Shown here one piece after another: positions 58,425 through 64,000 of a stretch of 64,000 nt of DNA; position 1 is the stretch's first letter; each line of letters starts with the position of its first letter. The stretch covers positions 800,001 through 864,000 of the forward strand of contig CAUVXB020000002.1 in NCBI GenBank assembly GCA_963555825.3. The letters are read 5' to 3'. Both the position numbers and the translations under genes were made by a program. The notes below the pieces were generated by a model that saw only the letters and a program-made list of their open reading frames with translations, was not told the origin of the DNA and did not search any database. The DNA is from Alphaproteobacteria bacterium (GTDB taxonomy: Bacteria > Pseudomonadota > Alphaproteobacteria > JAAXGF01).

Positions 58425-58702
58425 CAACTAAGTAACTGATATTACATTGTTTTTTGAATTCTCGATATCTTGGGAATCTTCGCGTAGTTTCCGAAGGTTA
58501 GGCCGATAACGCAATCCGGTTGTGGCTTTGTGAGACCGGGGAGGTGCCGCAAACGGGCGGCTGACTGCGCCGAAGTCTCTTACGCCAGTTTTGGTGGTGC
58601 CCCAAGTGGCCCGCTGCGGGCACCGTGGAGCCTCCTCCAGTCCGGAATCGTATCGCCTTGCCAGGCTGGCGAGAGGCGTTGGTTCGTTTTCGGAAAGATG
58701 CG

Positions 58703-60454
58703 TCAAGTGATCCCGAGGGCCGAGATCTGGTCCTGCCATGCGCTCGGCAGCTTGGTACGCAGTGAGAGCTGTTTTGCCGTGAGTTCAGGAGGGTGGCGAT
58801 CGTGCAACACCGCCTTCACGACATCCGGGGCGAGAAAGCCGAGCCTGACGATGCGGCTGAAGTAGGAGCGCCCGACACCGGCTTGCCGCGCGAGATCGCT
58901 CATCGTGCGACCTTGGGCTTCGAGCATCATCTCGCGATAGCGATGCGCCTGGGCGAGGAGCCTCAGCATGCTGCGGTCCGGCGTTCCCCGCGACCGGCCG
59001 CCCGCACCGTCAATCAGCAACTTGATCTCCATGCCCGCCCGCTTCAGCTTTGCGGAGACGTTGAGGTCGAGCGTTGGCTCGACATCTGCTGGCGCCTGGT
59101 CGATCCGCATCATCTCGCTGTCGGCAATCACGACCTCCGGGATCCGGCCGGGTCGCACCCGGATCTTCACGCTCTCGCGCCGGACCTCGATCCGCGCGAC
59201 GAGGCTCTGGAAGATCCGACGCTTCTCCGGCGGCTCCAGGTCCGGCCAGCGCCCGACCAGATCCGCAGCCTGCGTGACGATCGATCGCCGCTCATTGATA
59301 TCCTCGACGAAGGACTCGATCGCGTCGAAGACCGCTGCTTCGTCACTTAGGAGACCGGTGATGCGATCCACCACCAATTGCTCGACATCGCCCGCCGGAA
59401 CCCGTCGCCCCGCATCCGACCTTTTTGGCCGCCCGCGTTTGATGAGCGACTGGCTGACATAGTAGCGATAGCGGCGTCCCTTCTTGTTGGCGTGGGTCGG
59501 CGTCATCCGTTCGCCAACATCGTCGTAGATCAGGCCGGCGAGCAGGCTCGGCTCGGCGGCATTGGCGCCGGATTGACGGTCGACTCGATTGGCAGCGAGC
59601 CGCTGCTGGACTTGGTTCCAGAGCGCCTCATCGATGATCGCCGCATGCTTGCCCGGGTAGCTCGTCTCCTTATGGACGATCTCGCCGAGATAGATGCGGT
59701 TCTGCAGCAACAGATAGAGAGCGCCGCGTGCGAGCGGCTTGCCGCCCGTGGTCCGACCGAACCGGTCGACCCGGACCTTGCTGACGACACCGTCGCGGTC
59801 GAGTTCGTCCTTGAGGGCCCGGACCGAACCGAGCGCGGCATAGCGGCGGTAGATGTGCCGGACCGTCTCGGCCTCGTGGCGGTTGACTACCAGCTTCCGG
59901 TCCGCCGCGTCGTAGCCGAGCGGCGGCAGGCCGCCCATCCACATGCCTTTCTTCTTCGAGGCGGCGATCTTGTCGCGAATGCGCTCGCCGGTGACCTCGC
60001 GCTCGAACTGCGCAAAGGACAGCAGCATGTTGAGGGTTAAGCGCCCCATCGACGTGGTCGTGTTGAACTGCTGGGTTACCGAGACGAACGATACACCGCG
60101 TGCGTCGAACACCTCGACGATCTTGGCGAAGTCGCCCAAGGTCCGTGTCAAGCGATCCACCTTGTAGACGACCACGGTGTCGATACGACCAGTCTCGATG
60201 TCGGCCAGAAGCCGCTTGAGCGCCGGGCGCTCCAGGGTCGCACCCGAGATGCCGCCATCGTCGTACATCTCCGGCAGCGCCGTCCAGCCCTCGTGCTTCT
60301 GGCTGAGGATGAAGGCCTCGCAAGCCTCGCGTTGGGCGTCGAGCGAGTTGAAGTCCTGTTCGAGTCCTTCTTCGGAGGATTTGCGGGTATAGACCGCACA
60401 GCGGGTCGACGCCTTGGCACGATTTGTCGTCGCTTTTTTATGCATCGCTGACAT
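58703..60454 (-). CDS. Large serine recombinase
   Basis: CAVYTRKSS, YDDGG.SG, YKVDRLTR, FAQFERE, GMWMGG. Confidence 0.92.
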   Translation of the reverse strand: MSAMHKKATTNRAKASTRCAVYTRKSSEEGLEQDFNSLDAQREACEAFILSQKHEGWTALPEMYDDGGISGATLERPALKRLLADIETGRIDTVVVYKVDRLTRTLGDFAKIVEVFDARGVSFVSVTQQFNTTTSMGRLTLNMLLSFAQFEREVTGERIRDKIAASKKKGMWMGGLPPLGYDAADRKLVVNRHEAETVRHIYRRYAALGSVRALKDELDRDGVVSKVRVDRFGRTTGGKPLARGALYLLLQNRIYLGEIVHKETSYPGKHAAIIDEALWNQVQQRLAANRVDRQSGANAAEPSLLAGLIYDDVGERMTPTHANKKGRRYRYYVSQSLIKRGRPKRSDAGRRVPAGDVEQLVVDRITGLLSDEAAVFDAIESFVEDINERRSIVTQAADLVGRWPDLEPPEKRRIFQSLVARIEVRRESVKIRVRPGRIPEVVIADSEMMRIDQAPADVEPTLDLNVSAKLKRAGMEIKLLIDGAGGRSRGTPDRSMLRLLAQAHRYREMMLEAQGRTMSDLARQAGVGRSYFSRIVRLGFLAPDVVKAVLHDRHPPELTAKQLSLRTKLPSAWQDQISALGIT

Positions 60455-60959
60455 GCAGTGCGGCAGCCTCGGAGCTGCTCATGACGGCCACATCTGCCTT
60501 CGTCTGCAGTCCAAAGAAACGGGGGCCGGACCAGTGCGCCCCACTGATCTCGCGCGCGATCGCCGACAGCGAGCGCCAGCGCTGCCCGCGCCATTGGAAA
60601 CCGTCTTCGAGCACAAGGACGTCATGTGTCGCGCCACGCCATTCGCGGACCAGCTTCGAGCCGGGTTTGAGCGTGACGGCCCGGAATTTTGCGAGGTCGC
60701 CTTTCTCGTCCATCGTCTTCGCCATGTCCGCTAGCCGGCGTTTCATGGCGCTGCTGAGGCCACCGTAGGCCCGCTCCTGCAGCTTCCAGGCGACACCGAG
60801 CTCGAGTAGATGCCGACCGATCCTCTTAGGCGGATGCGCGCGATAGAGCCGCCGCCACTCGGTGCGTAGTTCGACGGCCGCCATCTCCGAGATTGCTGCG
60901 AGCTTGGCGGCCAGATCCGCGGCGGCACCCGTGCGCTTTGTCGATACGTCGCTCGACAT
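60438..60959 (-). CDS. DUF2924 domain protein
   Basis: LRTEWRRLY, PGSKLVREW, SLSAIAREISGAHWSGPRFFGL. Confidence 0.88.
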   Translation of the reverse strand: MSSDVSTKRTGAAADLAAKLAAISEMAAVELRTEWRRLYRAHPPKRIGRHLLELGVAWKLQERAYGGLSSAMKRRLADMAKTMDEKGDLAKFRAVTLKPGSKLVREWRGATHDVLVLEDGFQWRGQRWRSLSAIAREISGAHWSGPRFFGLQTKADVAVMSSSEAAALHVSDA

Positions 60960-60964
60960 CGCGG

Positions 60965-61163
60965 CTATTTCCCGGCCGCATTCACGCGGTATCGGCTTGC
61001 ACCAGCCTCGACACGGCGCTCGATCTCGTGGCCAGGCTTGCGCAAGCCCGTGAGCGCTGCACGGACGCTGTGCGGCTGCCAGCCGGTAGCGACTGTCATC
61101 TCGGTCATCGCGGCGCCGTCAGGGCGCCTGAGGAGCGTCAGGAGCTGCGCTTGCTTGGTTCCG
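60965..61163 (-). pseudogene. DUF3489 domain protein, 5' end removed at the IS21 boundary
   Basis: GTKQAQLLTLLRRPDGA...ATGWQPHSVRAALTG...YR. Confidence 0.8.
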
Positions 61164-61354
61164 TGTCAATGGCGGAGCAAAAAGGGACCACCTCGGCGGT
61201 GTAAGAAGGGACCGCTTGGCGGCTGCGGGCTTGTCCCCGTAGTCCACGGGAGGGCCCCGCGCGCGACGCGGCGTGCCCTCAACAGGCTGACGCGGCGGCG
61301 CGCGCGGGAGGGACCTGTGGGCCCACGGGGTCAAGCGTGGGCTGGGTGGTCGGT

Positions 61355-62119
61355 TCAGTTAGCAGTCGGGGTTTGACGCCTGCGGCTCTGGTTGAGCCTG
61401 TAGCTGTCACCGTTCATCTCGAGGATGTTGACGTGGTGGGTGAGGCGATCGAGGAGCGCGCCGGTGAGGCGCTCGGAGCCGAACACCTCGGTCCATTCGT
61501 CGAAGGGCAGATTGGTGGTGACCAGGGTCGAGCCCCGCTCGTAGCGTTGGCTGAACACCTCGAACAACAGCTCGGCGCCGGTCTTCGACAGCGGCACGAA
61601 GCCGAGTTCGTCGACGATCAGAAGCTTGTAGGTGGCGAGCTTCTTCTGGAACCTCAGCAGCTGCTTGTCATCGCGGGCCTCGATGAGTTCGTGGACCAGC
61701 GCGGCGGCGGTGATGAAGCCGACCGAGAGGCCCTTCTGGCAGGCCGCCAGGCCGAGACCGAGGGCGATGTGGGTCTTGCCGGTCCCACTGTTGCCGAGCG
61801 CGATGAGGTTCTCGCGGCGCTCGATGTACTCGCAGCGGGCCAGCTCCAGGACCAGCGCCTTGTTGAGCGAGGGGATGACCTTGAAGTCGAAGCTGTCGAG
61901 GCTCTTGACCACGGGGAAGCGCGCCGCCTTGATGCGCCGCTCGACCATGCGGCGCTCGCGGTCGATCAGCTCGAGCTCGGCGAGTCTCAACAGGTAGCGG
62001 ACGTGATCGACGCCTTCCGAGGCGCACTGCCGGGCGATCTTGTCGTACTCGCGCAGGAAGGTCGGCAGCTTCAGCGTCTTGAGGTGGTGGGCGAGCAGCA
62101 CTTGCGGTGTGTCGGTCAT
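61355..62119 (-). CDS. istB: IS21 helper ATPase IstB
   Basis: GNSGTGKTH, LIVDELG, RYERGS, LDRL.H. Confidence 0.93.
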   Translation of the reverse strand: MTDTPQVLLAHHLKTLKLPTFLREYDKIARQCASEGVDHVRYLLRLAELELIDRERRMVERRIKAARFPVVKSLDSFDFKVIPSLNKALVLELARCEYIERRENLIALGNSGTGKTHIALGLGLAACQKGLSVGFITAAALVHELIEARDDKQLLRFQKKLATYKLLIVDELGFVPLSKTGAELLFEVFSQRYERGSTLVTTNLPFDEWTEVFGSERLTGALLDRLTHHVNILEMNGDSYRLNQSRRRQTPTAN

Positions 62120-63615
62120 GCGCCGAGCCCCGACAGCAGGCTCATGTACGACTTGGCGGACGTCATCGCGACCCGGGCGCGCGGCAGATACGGATAGACG
62201 TCGAGGTTGAGCCTGGGCGGCCGCCGCTCGATGCGGCACAGTACCAGGTGCTTCACCGCATCAAAGCCGATTGCGCCGAGCCGCAGGGCGTCGCCGACCG
62301 CACCCTCGACCTCCTCGAGCCGGAAGGTCTCCAGTAGACGGAGCACCTGGACGTACTCGCGCTTGCCTGCCTTGCCCATACGAGCTTCGAGGAGCCGCCG
62401 CAGAGTGATGAAGGCCTCGGGCAGGTCCCAGCCCGCCAATGGCGCGGCCTGGTCGAGGGCGCCGATCTTCTGCTCGATCAAGGGCAGGTAATGCAGCGGG
62501 TCGAAGATCAGGTCCTCGCTGTCGTAGGACCGGCGGTGCCGGGCGATCACCTCGGCCCCGCAGCTGATCACCACCTCATCGACGTAGCCCCGGATGAGCA
62601 CCTCACGGTGGCCGTAGGCCACGGGCACGGAATAGTCGTTGCTGCGGTAACGCACCAGCGACAGCGAACTCGCCCGTCCAGGGCGCTTATCGCAGGCATC
62701 ATAGGGAGCAGGCGGCAATGGCAAGAGAACTTGACGATCCCGCTCGAGACGCTCGCCGATGGTCTCCTTGTGGCCCCGCAGCCGCGCCGCCTGGCGCCGG
62801 CGGCACTGTTCGGCGAGAGCATCGTTGAGGGCCGCGAAGCTCTCGGCACGCGGGACGGGGACCAGGAAGTTCCGCCGGATGAAGCCGACCAGTCCCTCGA
62901 CCTTGCCCTTGTCGTTGCCCTTGCCCGGCCGGCCGAACCTGTCCTCGAACAGATAGTGGGACTGAAGCTCCGTGAAGACGCGCGTTCGCTGCCGCTTCCC
63001 ATCGCCCAGGATCCGGGCAACCGCCAGCTTGGTGTTGTCGTACAGGATGGATCGGGGGACGCCGCCGAAGAAGGCAAACGCCGCGTTGTGGCCATCGCAG
63101 AATGCTTCGGTCGTCTCCGCCGGATAGGCCGCAACAAAGCAACCATCACTGTGGGGAAGGTCGAAGGCAAGGAAGTGGATCTTCCGTAACGCGCCGCCGA
63201 TCACCGCCATCGCTTCGCCGAAGTCCGCCTGGGCGTGACCGGGGGAATGGGAGAGTGGCACGAACACCTCACGCGACCGAAGCCCCTGCTCACGAACGTA
63301 GTCCTTCACGATGGTGTAGCCGCCCGTGAAACCGTACTCGTCCCGGAGGCGGTCGAAGATGCGCTTCGCAGTGTGCCGTTGCTTGCGGTGGCTGGTCCGA
63401 TCGTCTTCCAAGATCCGATCGATGATTCCCGTGAACGGACCCAGCTTTGGCCGCCTCGGCGGCGCGCTTCGGCGATACCCTGGCGGCACCGAGAACGACA
63501 GCATCTTACGGACCGTCTTGCGGTCTACACCAAACACCCGCGAGGCCTCGCGGGTGCTCATCCCCTCGACACGACACGCCCGCCGAACCCGTGCGTACAA
63601 CTCCACCCGATACAT
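62116..63615 (-). CDS. istA: IS21 transposase IstA
   Basis: QADFG, LYDN, DKGKVE; ATGA overlap with istB. Confidence 0.93.
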   Translation of the reverse strand: MYRVELYARVRRACRVEGMSTREASRVFGVDRKTVRKMLSFSVPPGYRRSAPPRRPKLGPFTGIIDRILEDDRTSHRKQRHTAKRIFDRLRDEYGFTGGYTIVKDYVREQGLRSREVFVPLSHSPGHAQADFGEAMAVIGGALRKIHFLAFDLPHSDGCFVAAYPAETTEAFCDGHNAAFAFFGGVPRSILYDNTKLAVARILGDGKRQRTRVFTELQSHYLFEDRFGRPGKGNDKGKVEGLVGFIRRNFLVPVPRAESFAALNDALAEQCRRRQAARLRGHKETIGERLERDRQVLLPLPPAPYDACDKRPGRASSLSLVRYRSNDYSVPVAYGHREVLIRGYVDEVVISCGAEVIARHRRSYDSEDLIFDPLHYLPLIEQKIGALDQAAPLAGWDLPEAFITLRRLLEARMGKAGKREYVQVLRLLETFRLEEVEGAVGDALRLGAIGFDAVKHLVLCRIERRPPRLNLDVYPYLPRARVAMTSAKSYMSLLSGLGA

Positions 63616-64000
63616 CCCCCCCGCCTTCCAGTCAGAGCAACCCTGACAGAAGGCTATACGCGGTCCCATTTTGGTCCGCCGCAGCCGGATCGACCGGCCG
63701 CTTCAGTGGGGGATTATTGCTCTGCCGTTCTCATTTGCACTAGCCCAACCCTAAACCGGAACCGCGATGGCCTCCGCTATGGATAGCCGGCTTGCCTACG
63801 CCAGACTCTCGGCGGTCGCTACGGCAAGCCGCCTACCCACAGCTACCAGAGGCTCCAACAACTCCTACACCACGTCCTGGGACACAATCCAAAGTTGTTT
63901 TCTGCATGAGCTAATCTGCCTGCACAATAAGGGCAACCATTGCCTCGCGCTCGATTGCGGATGTTAGCTTCCCAATTATGCCCACGCTCACAGACCCACC

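Larger units (their letters stand above)
61164..63733 (-). mobile_element. IS21 family element (2570 bp), no target duplication
   Basis: Ends tgtcaatggcggagcaaaa / tgagaacggcagagcaata; flanks ggttccg versus tttgcac. Confidence 0.88.

Noticed and set aside
63734-63892. Possible IS256-like terminal remnant (ctacaccacgtcctgggacacaatcc)
   Set aside because: Resemblance from memory only; no partner end or transposase sequence to support it.
1-64000. CRISPR array, cas genes or rRNA
   Set aside because: No regularly spaced repeat-spacer array, cas-like ORF or rRNA-like sequence seen.

Overview
High-GC (roughly 65-70%) alphaproteobacterial-type chromosome segment, judged from gene families and codon usage. 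It is dominated by catabolism of small nitrogen compounds: a LysR-linked ABC importer + GdmH-like ureohydrolase + nickel permease, two CodA-like deaminases, GcvT-family and OYE-family oxidoreductases, an amidase, an M20 hydrolase, a TauD-family enzyme, an agmatinase-like enzyme, PuuE and PreTA. It also carries an exported caspase-domain protein, a class III cyclase, a DEAD-box helicase, a Na/Pi cotransporter and tRNA-Ser(CGA) next to a serine recombinase/DUF2924/DUF3489 module. The region is heavily remodelled: three apparently identical 1420-bp IS3/IS481-like elements each with a 14-bp target duplication, an ISKra4-like element splitting a gene, an IS21 without target duplication, two MITE families sharing an internal core, REP-like doublets and several pseudogenes (including an in-frame TAG in preA). 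The strongest leads are (1) a GdmH-like ureohydrolase system with an altered specificity motif, a His-rich insert, no riboswitch and no HypA/B, (2) the IS with 14-bp duplications, (3) two accessory cassettes flanked by diverged duplicates of host gene ends, and (4) a secreted caspase with tandem variable C-terminal domains. All calls come from manual reading, with no database searches.
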